Assembly (NCBI RefSeq): GCF_053078305.1
Contig: NZ_CP166879.1
DNA length: 64,000 nucleotides
Direction: 5' to 3' (one strand)
Positions within the stretch are counted from its first letter, which is position 1. Each line of letters begins with the position of its first letter. The notes under the pieces are model-generated. The model was not told the DNA's origin, searched no databases, and saw nothing but the letters and a program-made list of their open reading frames with translations. Below are positions 1 through 11,455 of this stretch, piece by piece. The position numbers and the translations under genes were made by a program.

Positions 1-148
1 CTTCAGTATAAGCATTCATTTTTCATATGATTTGTGCGCTTGACCGCAAACTGGCATCACACTTGCGGGAAATTCGATAAATAGCACATATGATTAAAAC
101 TCAGACCCAAGTGGTCGGATCACCTGCATATCATAAGAAGGAAACACC

Positions 149-703
149 ATGACCCTACGCAAGATTCTGGCACTCACCTGCCTGCTGTTGCCGATGATGG
201 CTTCCGCACATCAGTTCGAAACCGGTCAGCGAGTGCCGCCGATTGGCATTACCGATCGTGGCGAGTTGGTGCTTGATAAAGATCAGTTTAGCTACAAAAC
301 CTGGAACAGCGCGCAGTTAGTGGGAAAAGTGCGAGTACTGCAACATATTGCTGGTCGCACCTCTGCAAAAGAGAAAAACGCGACGCTGATTGAAGCGATT
401 AAATCAGCGAAGTTACCGCACGATCGTTACCAGACCACCACCATTGTTAACACCGACGACGCGATTCCGGGTTCAGGGATGTTTGTGCGCAGCAGTCTGG
501 AGAGTAATAAAAAGCTTTATCCCTGGTCGCAGTTTATTGTCGATAGCAATGGCGTCGCGCGCGGTGCCTGGCAGCTGGATGAAGAAAGTTCCGCTGTAGT
601 GGTGCTGGATAAAGACGGTCGCGTGCAATGGGCCAAAGACGGGGCGCTCACACCGGAAGAGGTGCAGCAAGTGATGGATCTGCTGCAAAAGTTGCTCAAA
701 TAA
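149..703 (+). CDS. ytfJ: YtfJ family periplasmic protein (signal peptide present)
   Basis: 184-aa ORF with N-terminal signal-peptide-like segment (LALTCLLLPMMASA); sequence recognised as E. coli YtfJ; synteny with ytfI/cysQ/cpdB. Confidence 0.85.
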   Translation: MTLRKILALTCLLLPMMASAHQFETGQRVPPIGITDRGELVLDKDQFSYKTWNSAQLVGKVRVLQHIAGRTSAKEKNATLIEAIKSAKLPHDRYQTTTIVNTDDAIPGSGMFVRSSLESNKKLYPWSQFIVDSNGVARGAWQLDEESSAVVVLDKDGRVQWAKDGALTPEEVQQVMDLLQKLLK

Positions 704-729
704 TGGCAATAACATAAATTCTGGAAAAA

Positions 730-765
730 TAATTTTCCCCTATCGTTATCTATGGGATAGGGGAA
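730..765 (-). terminator. Hairpin terminator downstream of ytfI
   Basis: Inverted repeat CCCCTATC...GATAGGGG at 737-763, A/T-rich flank on minus strand. Confidence 0.45.
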
Positions 766-1704
766 TTAAGTCTCTGAGTTCTTACACCGAACTAATACTG
801 GTAACGCTAGTTGCTCTTTTTTAAACGCCTCAATGGTCGATTTATATTTCTCGCAAATCTTTTCTTTGGTAATATCACTATCTGCGGCCAGATTCGCACT
901 TACTATCGCATCCACTTGTTCGGCTAATTCGACTTGTTGGCAACCTGCATTAACCAGAAAATTATAAATAAGAGAGTAATCTTCATCCTCCAAAACAACA
1001 AAGGAACCATTACGAAAACGTTCATCCCCTCCATAGATTTTAAGCGCAAAGCCCAAAGATTCTATAACTATGGCAAAATCATCATCAATTATTTTTTCGT
1101 AAATATACCATCCATCGCATTCTTTAATTCCACCTCCTGGTATTTGGAGTTCAAATTTACCCCGTTTTAATTTACTTACTATATCCTCCAATAAGGCATA
1201 ACCTAAAGACACGTCACCAATCGCCTGGTGAATATAACCTTTAATCCTTTTCGGTATGTCAGACTGTTTTTTCTGCAGAATATCCCAGGCATACAATCGT
1301 CTGTTTTGTTCTAACGGAAATTCACGGTTTTTGAAATCCATGAATGAGTTATACTCATTTATTGTTATGGGGGTTTCTTCGTATTCAAATCCACTGCCTC
1401 GCAATGTCATTGTATATTCGGCACCGTTATCTTTAAGGCTGAAACTGATAAGAAACTTATCCATAGCGTTAACAGTTCCATTTTTTGATGAAAGCACTTG
1501 ATAACTATCTTTATCAATCTGAGTTGCGCAACGAAAGAACTCCCTCAAAGTTAACAGGCTATCATAATTCGAAATCCAATCTTTTTTCTTAAATGCATGC
1601 TGAATATTATTAAAAAAATTGTTTGAATGTGTTTTTGTATGCGATGATTTTACAAATAACTCCACCGCACCAATAAAATTATTGTGTCTGATCCTGGGTA
1701 ACAT
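766..1704 (-). CDS. ytfI: Uncharacterised protein YtfI (AT-rich gene)
   Basis: 312-aa ORF, strongly AT-rich relative to neighbours; position between ytfJ and cysQ matches K-12 ytfI. Confidence 0.6.
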   Translation of the reverse strand: MLPRIRHNNFIGAVELFVKSSHTKTHSNNFFNNIQHAFKKKDWISNYDSLLTLREFFRCATQIDKDSYQVLSSKNGTVNAMDKFLISFSLKDNGAEYTMTLRGSGFEYEETPITINEYNSFMDFKNREFPLEQNRRLYAWDILQKKQSDIPKRIKGYIHQAIGDVSLGYALLEDIVSKLKRGKFELQIPGGGIKECDGWYIYEKIIDDDFAIVIESLGFALKIYGGDERFRNGSFVVLEDEDYSLIYNFLVNAGCQQVELAEQVDAIVSANLAADSDITKEKICEKYKSTIEAFKKEQLALPVLVRCKNSET

Positions 1705-1915
1705 ATGGCTACCTTATTTTATTAGGTTATTTTATGTCGCCATTAAATATCTCATTATAGAAGTAAACTATCAAAAAACGCTCATTATTAAAATGTAACT
1801 TATTAGCAATTGAATTTTTGCACTTTAAATACAATCTCTTTTTATTTATAACTTATTAGGTTGGGATAAATCAGGATGGCAGAATCAGGAAATACACTGT
1901 TTCTGCCATCTGAAT

Positions 1916-2656
1916 TTAGTAAATAGACACTCTGAACCCCGGATTCAGGAACGACTCGCGCGGAGTGTAATCCAGCGGTTTACCCTGCCAGTCGTGAACG
2001 TGCGCTCCGGCAGCTGCAGCCACAGCATGTCCAGCGGCGGTGTCCCAAATATTCGTTGGTCCGAAGCGCGGGTACAGCTGCGCCTGTCCTTCCGCCACCA
2101 GGCAGAATTTCAGCGAAGAGCCGATGGACGTGGTCTGATGTTCGCCAAGCTGTTGCAGATACTCTTTCAGCTCCGCATCTGCATGGGAACGGCTGATAAC
2201 CACCAGCGGCGGGCGCGCATCGCGGACCTGAATCTGCTTGCGCACACCGCACTCTTCTTTCCAGGCCTTGCCTTCTGCCGCGCTGTACATTACGTTCATT
2301 ACCGGCGCATACACCACACCTAAAATCGGTTTGCCATGATCAATGAGCGCAATGTTAACGGTGAATTCGCCATTACGTTTAATAAACTCTTTAGTACCAT
2401 CCAGTGGGTCTACCAGCCAGTAACGCTGCCAGTGCTGACGGACTTCCCAACCGGGAGGATCTTCTTCAGAAAGGACCGGAATATCCGGTGTCAGCGTACG
2501 TAAACCGTCCATGATAACGGTGTGTGCGGCAATATCCGCTGCCGTTACCGGAGAATTGTCCGCTTTGCTGACGACGTCCATCGGTTTCGTCCCGTCGTAG
2601 ACCTGCATAATGGCATCGCCTGCATTCCGTGCAAGCTGGCATACTTGATCTAACAT
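1916..2656 (-). CDS. cysQ: 3'(2'),5'-bisphosphate nucleotidase CysQ
   Basis: 246-aa ORF, inositol-monophosphatase-family motifs ([17 protein letters not shown]); recognised as CysQ. Confidence 0.95.
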   Translation of the reverse strand: MLDQVCQLARNAGDAIMQVYDGTKPMDVVSKADNSPVTAADIAAHTVIMDGLRTLTPDIPVLSEEDPPGWEVRQHWQRYWLVDPLDGTKEFIKRNGEFTVNIALIDHGKPILGVVYAPVMNVMYSAAEGKAWKEECGVRKQIQVRDARPPLVVISRSHADAELKEYLQQLGEHQTTSIGSSLKFCLVAEGQAQLYPRFGPTNIWDTAAGHAVAAAAGAHVHDWQGKPLDYTPRESFLNPGFRVSIY

Positions 2657-2845
2657 TTCTCCACCTCGTCTCTGTGAGCGGTGTTAACTTATTGTTTTAC
2701 TTATACCCTATCGTTAATGAATGCGCCAACTGTGATAGTGTCATCATTTTCAAAGCGTAAAATTGTGGCATTCTTCACTGTTCTATAAGTAAGGCGTTTA
2801 TTCTCCCTTTTCTTTCGTATTCCCGATGATAAAAGGATGTCCCTG

Positions 2846-4789
2846 ATGATTAAGTTTAGCGCAACGCTCCTGGCCACGCTGATTGCCGCCAGTGTGAATG
2901 CAGCGACGGTCGATCTGCGTATCATGGAAACCACTGATCTGCATAGCAACATGATGGATTTCGATTATTACAAAGACACCGCCACGGAAAAATTCGGACT
3001 GGTACGTACGGCAAGCCTGATTAACGATGCCCGCAATGAAGTGAAAAACAGCGTACTGGTTGATAACGGCGACTTGATTCAGGGGAGTCCGCTGGCAGAT
3101 TACATGTCGGCGAAAGGATTAAAAGCAGGCGATATTCACCCGGTCTATAAGGCATTAAATACGCTGGACTATACCGTCGGAACGCTTGGCAACCACGAGT
3201 TTAACTACGGTCTGGATTACCTGAAAAATGCGCTGGCAGGAGCGAAATTCCCTTATGTAAATGCCAACGTCATTGACGCCAGAACCAAACAGCCAATGTT
3301 TACACCGTATTTAATTAAAGACACCGAAGTGGTCGATAAAGACGGAAAAAAACAGACGCTGAAGATTGGCTATATTGGCGTCGTGCCGCCACAAATCATG
3401 GGCTGGGATAAAGCTAATTTATCCGGGAAAGTGACGGTGAATGATATTACCGAAACCGTGCGCAAATACGTGCCTGAAATGCGCGAGAAAGGTGCCGATG
3501 TCGTTGTCGTTCTGGCGCATTCCGGGCTATCTGCCGATCCGTATAAAGTGATGGCGGAAAACTCAGTTTATTACCTCAGTGAAATTCCGGGCGTTAACGC
3601 CATTATGTTTGGCCATGCTCACGCCGTTTTCCCGGGTAAAGATTTTGCTGATATCGAAGGGGCTGATATCGCCAAAGGCACGCTGAATGGTGTTCCGGCG
3701 GTAATGCCAGGCATGTGGGGCGATCATCTTGGTGTGGTCGACTTACAACTCAGTAATGACAGCGGTAAATGGCAGGTGACGCAAGCGAAAGCGGAAGCAC
3801 GACCGATTTACGACATCGCTAATAAAAAATCCCTCGCGGCGGAAGACAGCAAGCTGGTAGAAACACTCAAAGCCGATCACGATGCCACACGCCAGTTCGT
3901 CAGCAAGCCAATCGGTAAATCTGCCGACAATATGTATAGCTATCTGGCGCTGGTGCAGGACGATCCGACCGTGCAGGTGGTGAACAACGCGCAAAAAGCG
4001 TATGTCGAGCATTACATTCAGGGCGATCCCGATCTGGCAAAACTGCCGGTGCTTTCAGCTGCCGCACCGTTTAAAGTTGGTGGTCGCAAAAATGACCCGG
4101 CAAGCTATGTAGAGGTGGAAAAAGGTCAGCTGACTTTCCGTAATGCCGCCGATCTTTATCTCTATCCCAATACGCTGATTGTGGTGAAAGCCAGCGGTAA
4201 AGAGGTGAAAGAGTGGCTGGAGTGCTCCGCCGGACAGTTTAACCAGATTGATCCCAACAGCACGAAACCACAGTCACTCATCAACTGGGACGGTTTCCGC
4301 ACCTATAACTTTGATGTTATTGATGGTGTGAATTATCAGATTGATGTTACCCAGCCCGCCCGTTATGACGGCGAGTGCCAGATGATTAATGCCAATGCGG
4401 AAAGGATTAAGAACCTGACCTTTAATGGCAAGCCGATTGATCCGAACGCTATGTTCCTCGTTGCCACCAATAACTATCGCGCTTACGGCGGCAAATTTGC
4501 CGGTACGGGCGACAGCCATATCGCTTTTGCTTCACCGGATGAGAACCGCTCGGTGCTGGCAGCGTGGATTGCTGATGAGTCGAAACGTGCGGGGGAAATT
4601 CACCCGGCGGCAGATAACAACTGGCGTTTAGCACCGATAGCTGGCGATAAGAAACTGGATATCCGTTTCGAAACTTCCCCGTCAGATAAAGCCGCAGCGT
4701 TTATTAAAGAGAAAGGGCAGTATCCGATGAATAAAGTCGCGACCGATGATATCGGGTTTGCGATTTATCAGGTGGATTTGAGTAAGTAA
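2846..4789 (+). CDS. cpdB: 2',3'-cyclic-nucleotide 2'-phosphodiesterase / 3'-nucleotidase CpdB
   Basis: ORF 2837-4789; start placed at MIKFSATLL (signal peptide) giving 647 aa; metallophosphoesterase motifs (GNHEF, GHAH). Confidence 0.93.
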
Positions 4790-4804
4790 AACACTTCTTT
4801 TTCG

Positions 4805-4905
4805 GCCTATAAATCATCAATCGCATCCGGCATTTATTGGCGGATGCGATGCTGGCGCATCTTATCCGCCCTACAAGTCATACACCGTAGGCCGCGCATC
4901 CGGCA
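4805..4905. repeat. REP (repetitive extragenic palindromic) elements
   Basis: GCATCCGGCA / GCCGGATGCG-type palindromic units between cpdB and ytfH. Confidence 0.6.
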
Positions 4906-4906
4906 G

Positions 4907-5287
4907 TTATGCCGCACGTTCATCCCGCACCGCTAACACCTCGGGCAAATTCAACTCAATCCAGTCCGCCAGTGCAGCAACCTTTTCGCTCACCTGCTCG
5001 CCCAGCGGCGTGAGGCTATATTCCACATGCGGCGGCACCACCGGATACGCGATACGGTTAAGAAAACCATCCTGCTCTAGCGCCTGTAACGACTGCGCAA
5101 GCATCTTTTCACTCACCCCGCCCATTTTGCGCCGCAGGTCGCTAAAGCGATGAGTACCTTCGCGTAGCGCCACCAGAATCAACACCCCCCAACGGCTGGT
5201 GACGTGTTTCAACACCTCGCGCGACGGGCACTGTTCCGCAAAGAGATTACCCTCTTTCAGTTGTTGCGACAGGCTAACCTGACTCAT
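4907..5287 (-). CDS. ytfH: HxlR-family transcriptional regulator YtfH
   Basis: ORF track 4907-5398 is a 5' over-extension; start set at MSQVSLSQQ (126 aa); HxlR-type winged-helix sequence; divergent from qorB. Confidence 0.88.
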   Translation of the reverse strand: MSQVSLSQQLKEGNLFAEQCPSREVLKHVTSRWGVLILVALREGTHRFSDLRRKMGGVSEKMLAQSLQALEQDGFLNRIAYPVVPPHVEYSLTPLGEQVSEKVAALADWIELNLPEVLAVRDERAA

Positions 5288-5375
5288 TTCATACTTACCT
5301 TTTTGTACGTACTTACTAAAAGTAAGTTTAGGTGTTAGCGTATTTAAACTCAAGACAAAACGATGGAGACTTCCC

Positions 5376-6236
5376 ATGATCGCTATTACTGGTGCCACTG
5401 GCCAACTTGGTCACTATGTTATTGAATCCTTGATGAAAACGGTTCCTGCCAGCCAAATAGTGGCTATCGTTCGTAATCCGGCAAAAGCCCAGGCCCTGGC
5501 AGCACAAGGCATTACCTTGCGTCAGGCTGACTACGGCGATGAAGCCGCACTGACATCTGCACTTCAGGGAGTGGAAAAACTACTGCTGATCTCTTCCAGC
5601 GAAGTGGGTCAACGTGCCCCGCAGCATCGTAATGTTATTAATGCCGCAAAGGCGGCTGGCGTGAAATTTATCGCTTATACCAGCCTGCTTCACGCGGATA
5701 AATCTCCGCTCGGCCTCGCCGATGAGCACATCGAGACGGAGAAAATGCTGGCTGATTCTGGCATCGTTTACACCCTACTGCGCAACGGCTGGTACAGCGA
5801 AAACTACCTCGCCAGCGCCCCGGCAGCACTGGAACACGGCGTATTTATCGGTGCGGCGGGCGATGGCAAAATCGCCTCAGCAACGCGGGCAGATTATGCG
5901 GCAGCTGCGGCACGCGTGATTAGCGAAGCCGGTCACGAAGGCAAGGTTTACGAACTGGCGGGCGATAGTGCCTGGACGTTGACACAGTTAGCGGCAGAGC
6001 TAACCAAACAGAGCGGCAAACAGGTTACCTATCAAAATCTGAGCGAAGCCGATTTCGCCGCGGCACTGAAAAGCGTCGGACTGCCCGACGGACTGGCGGA
6101 TATGCTGGCGGATTCTGACGTTGGCGCATCGAAAGGCGGTCTGTTTGATGACAGCAAAACGCTTAGCAAACTGATTGGCCGCCCAACGACAACGTTAGCC
6201 GAAAGCGTAAGCCATCTTTTTAATGTTAATAAATAG
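5376..6236 (+). CDS. qorB: NAD(P)H:quinone oxidoreductase QorB (NmrA-like)
   Basis: 286-aa ORF, N-terminal Rossmann motif ITGATGQLG; recognised as QorB/YtfG. Confidence 0.93.
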   Translation: MIAITGATGQLGHYVIESLMKTVPASQIVAIVRNPAKAQALAAQGITLRQADYGDEAALTSALQGVEKLLLISSSEVGQRAPQHRNVINAAKAAGVKFIAYTSLLHADKSPLGLADEHIETEKMLADSGIVYTLLRNGWYSENYLASAPAALEHGVFIGAAGDGKIASATRADYAAAAARVISEAGHEGKVYELAGDSAWTLTQLAAELTKQSGKQVTYQNLSEADFAAALKSVGLPDGLADMLADSDVGASKGGLFDDSKTLSKLIGRPTTTLAESVSHLFNVNK

Positions 6237-6334
6237 TTAATTAAAGTGGCATCCTCCCGCATCCTCTCTGATAATGACGGGATGCCGGGAGCAATCATGT
6301 CTGCTTCCTGAACTTTCTTCTGACAGATCAATGG

Positions 6335-7309
6335 ATGCCAGTAATGATTAGCGGCGTGCTGTACGCCCTGTTAGCAGGGTTGATGTGGGGGCTTATCTTT
6401 GTCGGGCCGTTGATCGTGCCGGAATACCCGGCGATGTTGCAGTCGATGGGGCGTTATCTGGCGTTAGGGTTAATTGCGCTACCCATCGCCTGGCTGGGAC
6501 GCGTGCGTCTGCGTCAGTTGGCGCGTCGCGACTGGCTTACCGCCTTGATGCTCACTATGATGGGCAACCTCATCTATTACTTCTGCCTTGCCAGTGCCAT
6601 TCAACGTACTGGCGCGCCTGTTTCCACGATGATTATCGGCACCCTGCCGGTGGTCATTCCTGTCTTTGCCAATCTGCTTTATAGCCAGCGCGACGGCAAA
6701 CTCGCGTGGGGAAAACTCGCCCCGGCACTGATTTGTATTGGCATCGGCCTGGCGTGTGTGAATATTGCTGAGTTAAACCACGGACTCCCCGATTTTGACT
6801 GGGCACGTTATACCTCTGGCATCGTGCTGGCGTTAGTTTCCGTGGTCTGCTGGGCGTGGTATGCCCTGCGCAACGCCCGCTGGCTGCGGGAAAATCCCGA
6901 CAAACATCCGATGATGTGGGCAACGGCGCAGGCGCTGGTCACACTGCCGGTTTCTCTCATCGGCTATCTCGTCGCTTGTTACTGGCTGAATACGCAAACG
7001 CCGGACTTCTCCCTACCCTTTGGCCCCCGTCCGCTGGTGTTTATTAGTCTGATGATTGCGATAGCCGTGCTTTGCTCATGGGTCGGCGCACTCTGCTGGA
7101 ACGTCGCCAGCCAGCGATTACCGACCGTGATTCTCGGGCCGCTGATTGTTTTCGAAACGCTGGCAGGTTTGCTGTACACCTTTTTACTCCGCCAGCAAAT
7201 GCCGCCGCTAATGACGCTGAGCGGTATCGCGCTGTTAGTGATTGGCGTGGTCATCGCGGTCAGAGCAAAACCAGAAAAACCTTTAACTGAATCTGTCTCA
7301 GAAAGTTGA
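6335..7309 (+). CDS. ytfF: EamA/DMT-family inner membrane transporter YtfF
   Basis: 324-aa ORF, very hydrophobic multi-TM protein; synteny. Confidence 0.85.
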   Translation: MPVMISGVLYALLAGLMWGLIFVGPLIVPEYPAMLQSMGRYLALGLIALPIAWLGRVRLRQLARRDWLTALMLTMMGNLIYYFCLASAIQRTGAPVSTMIIGTLPVVIPVFANLLYSQRDGKLAWGKLAPALICIGIGLACVNIAELNHGLPDFDWARYTSGIVLALVSVVCWAWYALRNARWLRENPDKHPMMWATAQALVTLPVSLIGYLVACYWLNTQTPDFSLPFGPRPLVFISLMIAIAVLCSWVGALCWNVASQRLPTVILGPLIVFETLAGLLYTFLLRQQMPPLMTLSGIALLVIGVVIAVRAKPEKPLTESVSES

Positions 7310-7416
7310 CACGCTGGCAGTGAGTTAAATAAGCCTCTGCTACGTAAGGGTTATAGCTTTTGCCTTAAAGATGCATTTAGAATACATCTTATCTTATTAA
7401 GAATGAGGTATCAGCT

Positions 7417-8079
7417 ATGGCTTATCGCGACCAACCTTTAGGTGAACTGGCGCTCTCTATCCCTCGCGCTTCGGCTCTGTTTCGTAAATATGATATGGAT
7501 TACTGCTGCGGCGGTAAGCAAACGCTGGCGCGTGCGGCGGCACGTAAAGAACTGGATGTTGAGGTCATTGAAGCTGAGCTGGCAAAGCTTGCTGAACAAC
7601 CGATTGAGAAAGACTGGCGTAGCGCCCCGCTGGCAGAAATCATCGACCATATCATCGTGCGCTACCACGATCGTCACCGCGAGCAACTGCCGGAGCTGAT
7701 CCTGCAAGCGACTAAAGTCGAGCGCGTTCACGCCGACAAACCGAGCGTGCCAAAAGGGCTGACAAAATACCTGACTATGCTGCATGAAGAGCTTTCCAGC
7801 CACATGATGAAAGAAGAGCAGATCCTCTTCCCGATGATCAAACAAGGCATGGGCAGCCAGGCAATGGGGCCAATCAGCGTAATGGAAAGCGAGCACGATG
7901 AAGCGGGCGAACTGCTGGAAGTGATCAAACACACTACCAATAACGTCACACCGCCGCCGGAAGCCTGCACCACCTGGAAAGCGATGTATAACGGCATTAA
8001 TGAACTGATTGATGACCTGATGGATCACATCAGCCTGGAAAACAATGTACTGTTCCCACGCGCGCTGGCGGGTGAGTGA
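7417..8079 (+). CDS. ytfE: Iron-sulfur cluster repair di-iron protein YtfE (RIC)
   Basis: 220-aa ORF; ScdA_N motif DMDYCCGG and hemerythrin-like His/Glu residues; recognised as YtfE. Confidence 0.95.
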   Translation: MAYRDQPLGELALSIPRASALFRKYDMDYCCGGKQTLARAAARKELDVEVIEAELAKLAEQPIEKDWRSAPLAEIIDHIIVRYHDRHREQLPELILQATKVERVHADKPSVPKGLTKYLTMLHEELSSHMMKEEQILFPMIKQGMGSQAMGPISVMESEHDEAGELLEVIKHTTNNVTPPPEACTTWKAMYNGINELIDDLMDHISLENNVLFPRALAGE

Positions 8080-8086
8080 TCTAAAA

Positions 8087-8111
8087 GCTGGATGGCATTG
8101 CGCCATCCAGC
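8087..8111 (-). terminator. Hairpin terminator between ytfE and cycA
   Basis: GCTGGATGGC-ATTGC-GCCATCCAGC perfect inverted repeat, T-run on minus strand. Confidence 0.55.
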
Positions 8112-8123
8112 ATGATAATGCGG

Positions 8124-9536
8124 TTATTTCCGCAGTTCAGCAGCCCGCTTCTTACCAATAAACAACCAGCCCAGCCCCAGTGCGATAAACCACAGCGGGG
8201 TGACCAACAGCGCCTGGCGAGTGTCATCTTCCAGTGTCAGCAACACGACCACGAACACAAAGAACGCCATACATACCCAGCACATCAGCTTGCCGAGCGG
8301 CATCTTGTAGATCGACTTCTCATGCAGATGAGGACGCTGTTTGCGGTATACCAGGTACGAGCAAAGGATAATTGTCCAGACGAACATAAACAGAATCGCG
8401 GAAACGGTTGTAATCATCGTGAACGCGCCAATCACGCTAGGATTCACATACAACATCACCACGCCGCCGAGCAGACAGATACACGAGAAGGTCAACCCTT
8501 TCGCGGGTACTGCGCGCTTAGAAAGTTTAGCGAACGCTTTCGGTGCCACACCTTCCTGCGCCAGACCAAACAGCATACGGCTGGTAGAGAAGACGCCGCT
8601 GTTAGCGGAAGACGCCGCAGAGGTCAGCACCACAAAGTTGATCACGCTTGCGGCAGCAGGCAGACCCACCAACACGAACAGTTCAACAAACGGGCTCTTC
8701 TCCGGGACTACCGAACTCCACGGCGTCACGGACATAATCACAATCAGCGCGAAGACGTAGAACATAATGATACGGATCGGAATGGAGTTAATCGCGCGTG
8801 GCAGTGATTTCTCTGGATCTTTGGTTTCCGCAGCTGTTGTACCTACCAGCTCAATCCCCACGAAAGCGAAAACCGCTATCTGGAATCCGGCAAAGAAGCC
8901 ACTTAAACCTTTCGGGAACCAGCCGCCGTCATTCCACAAATGCGCGAATGACGCTTCCACACCAGTCGGTGACTGAAAGTGCATCGCCACCATGACCAGG
9001 CCGACGACAATCAGCGACACAATGGCGACGATTTTGATCATCGCAAACCAGAACTCCATCTCACCGAACATTTTCACGGTGGCGAGGTTAAGCGTCAGCA
9101 GCAGCACTATCACCGCCAGCGAGGCGACCCAGTCGGAGAGATCGGGGAACCAGAACTGAGCATAAGCCGTGATCGCCACCACGTCTGCCATACCGGTTAC
9201 AACCCAGCAGAACCAGTAAGTCCAGCCGGTGAAATATCCTGCCCACGGCCCGAGTAAATCGGAAGCGAAGTCACTAAAAGATTTGTATTCCAGATTCGAA
9301 AGCAGCAATTCCCCCATTGCCCGCATCACGAAAAAGAGCATAAAACCGATGATCATATAAACGAAAATGATCGACGGCCCGGCAAGGCTAATCGTTTTGC
9401 CGGACCCCATAAACAACCCCGTACCAATGGCACCGCCAATGGCAATAAGCTGAATATGTCGGTTTGTGAGATTGCGCCGTAGCGACTGTTCAGCCGGAGC
9501 CTGATCATCGGCAACGACTTTTACCTGATCTACCAT
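8124..9536 (-). CDS. cycA: D-serine/D-alanine/glycine APC-family transporter CycA
   Basis: 470-aa ORF, amino-acid permease family; recognised as CycA. Confidence 0.95.
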   Translation of the reverse strand: MVDQVKVVADDQAPAEQSLRRNLTNRHIQLIAIGGAIGTGLFMGSGKTISLAGPSIIFVYMIIGFMLFFVMRAMGELLLSNLEYKSFSDFASDLLGPWAGYFTGWTYWFCWVVTGMADVVAITAYAQFWFPDLSDWVASLAVIVLLLTLNLATVKMFGEMEFWFAMIKIVAIVSLIVVGLVMVAMHFQSPTGVEASFAHLWNDGGWFPKGLSGFFAGFQIAVFAFVGIELVGTTAAETKDPEKSLPRAINSIPIRIIMFYVFALIVIMSVTPWSSVVPEKSPFVELFVLVGLPAAASVINFVVLTSAASSANSGVFSTSRMLFGLAQEGVAPKAFAKLSKRAVPAKGLTFSCICLLGGVVMLYVNPSVIGAFTMITTVSAILFMFVWTIILCSYLVYRKQRPHLHEKSIYKMPLGKLMCWVCMAFFVFVVVLLTLEDDTRQALLVTPLWFIALGLGWLFIGKKRAAELRK

Positions 9537-9844
9537 GTTTTTTTCTTCCTGTACCTGTCTGTGTTGTTCAGGCTCTACGGCCTTTAGTCAGTCTATGATA
9601 CGACGAATCTGTATCGGGACTCATCGATATTAGGTAACAATACGCGGGATGAATACTAAGATTTAGATCTAATGTTAATTTTATGTTTAAAGTGAGTGTC
9701 ATATCACGGTGATAACGCGAAACAGCTCACAAAAATACACGCTTACGGGGTCTTTGCAACACAAAATAGCGCCGTTTGGCAAACTGAAGGGTTTATTGCT
9801 GAATGCCTGCTCCCCTCTGGTTCGAGGGGAACAGAATGCGCTGC

Positions 9845-10465
9845 TTAGAGGATTTCCAGCAGTTCGACTTCAAACACCAGGGTGCTGAACGGAGGGATGG
9901 ATGCGCCTGCGCCACGCTCGCCATATGCCAGTTCCTGCGGGATAGTCAGTTCCCATTTAGAACCTAGCGGCATCAGAGTCAGTGCTTCAATCCAGCCAGG
10001 GATCACGCCATTAACCGGGAATTCAGCGGGTTCACCACGAGCAACGGAGCTGTCAAACACGGTGCCGTCGATCAGTTTACCGGTGTAATGAACACGAACG
10101 CGGTCGGTACGTGCCGGAATTGCGCCTTCACCCTGGTTGATCACGCGGAATTGCAGGCCAGATTCGGTGCTATTCACACCTTCTTTTTTGGCGTTTTCTT
10201 CCAGGTATTTCACACCTTCAGCAGCCATCGCCTGGAAACGCTGACGACGAACGGCATCGGCGCGCTCGTGGATTTCACGCAGCGCGCGATGCACCACATC
10301 AACCGGAACAGCCGGATGTTTGCCTTCCAGCGCATCGGCAATACCTGCAACCAGTGCTTCTGGCAGCAGCCCTTCCAGGCCAGATTCACTCAGTTGTTGC
10401 CCTACCTGCAAACCAATGCCGTAGCTTGCTTGCGCTTCGATGGTGTCAAAAGTTGGGGTGGTCAT
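9845..10465 (-). CDS. fklB: FKBP-type peptidyl-prolyl cis-trans isomerase FklB
   Basis: ORF track 9845-10624 is over-extended; start set at MTTPTFDT (206 aa); FKBP domain. Confidence 0.93.
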   Translation of the reverse strand: MTTPTFDTIEAQASYGIGLQVGQQLSESGLEGLLPEALVAGIADALEGKHPAVPVDVVHRALREIHERADAVRRQRFQAMAAEGVKYLEENAKKEGVNSTESGLQFRVINQGEGAIPARTDRVRVHYTGKLIDGTVFDSSVARGEPAEFPVNGVIPGWIEALTLMPLGSKWELTIPQELAYGERGAGASIPPFSTLVFEVELLEIL

Positions 10466-10682
10466 CGTATTTCCTTTCTTAGGGTATAAAGTAGCGGGCA
10501 GCATATCAGCCACACTTCTTTGGGTAAAACTTTGTCGCGGGAATGATGACAAATCCCGGGGAAAAAGAAACAATAGCAATATCCCGTATGAATATAATAA
10601 AGGCGGGTTTACCACGGACATCATAGCGTTAGCTTATTCATAGGCTATGATTGAGGAACAAGACGCGGAGCAGGAGGAAACC

Positions 10683-11321
10683 ATGCCCGGGCGCTTTGAA
10701 CTAAAACCAACCCTGGAGAAAGTCTGGCACGCGCCGGACAATTTTCGCTTCATGGACCCGCTGCCGCCGATGCATCGTCGGGGGATCATTATTGCCGCCA
10801 TTGTATTGGTGGTCGGATTTCTGCTTCCATCTGATGATACGCCCAACGCGCCGGTGGTGACGCGTGAAGCGCAGTTAGATATTCAGTCGCAATCACAACC
10901 GCCGACAGAAGAACAGCTGCGGGCGCAATTAGTCACACCACAAAATGATCCTGATCAGGTGGCTCCGGTCGCTCCAGAACCTATACAGGAAGGCCAGCCA
11001 GAAGAGCAGCCGCAAACTTCCCAAACGCAACCATTCCAGCCAGATAGCGGAATTGATAATCAATGGCGCTCTTACCGTGTCGAACCCGGTAAAACGATGG
11101 CGCAGCTGTTCCGCGACCACGGACTGCCCGCTACCGATGTCTATGCAATGGCGCAGGTAGAAGGCGCGGGTAAACCGCTGAGTAATTTGCAAAATGGGCA
11201 GATGGTGAAAATCCGCCAGAACGCCAGCGGCGTGGTGACGGGCTTAACCATTGATACGGGGAATAATCAACAGGTCCTGTTTACCCGCCAGCCGGATGGC
11301 AGTTTTATTCGCGCGCGGTAG
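10683..11321 (+). CDS. ytfB: Cell-division protein YtfB (OapA/LysM-like)
   Basis: ORF 10647-11321; start set at MPGRFELKP (212 aa); Pro/Gln-rich linker and OapA-like C-terminus. Confidence 0.82.
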   Translation: MPGRFELKPTLEKVWHAPDNFRFMDPLPPMHRRGIIIAAIVLVVGFLLPSDDTPNAPVVTREAQLDIQSQSQPPTEEQLRAQLVTPQNDPDQVAPVAPEPIQEGQPEEQPQTSQTQPFQPDSGIDNQWRSYRVEPGKTMAQLFRDHGLPATDVYAMAQVEGAGKPLSNLQNGQMVKIRQNASGVVTGLTIDTGNNQQVLFTRQPDGSFIRAR

Positions 11322-11455
11322 ATGAAGGGTCAACCAGAAGCCAGCTAAGGATTGTCTCTTTGATGACCTTACGTCTGGCTTCCAGTGCCTGGGGTGAAAT
11401 CATACTGATGTGTTGACATCCTCCACGCCCTGAAGGACGTGGATCCCTGCTACGT

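Noticed and set aside
7438-8106. 222-aa minus-strand ORF overlapping ytfE
   Set aside because: Antisense to the clearly recognisable ytfE; no motif.
8112-9257. Several plus-strand ORFs (8112-8807, 8341-8760, 8767-8976, 8979-9257) lying within cycA
   Set aside because: Antisense to a well-supported, full-length cycA; low-complexity His/Arg/Gln-rich translations typical of spurious frames.
9845-10624. Extended 259-aa version of fklB, and similar 5' over-extensions of ytfH, ytfB, yjfY, ulaF and afuB
   Set aside because: Upstream in-frame extensions lack homology; internal Met starts reproduce the expected protein lengths.
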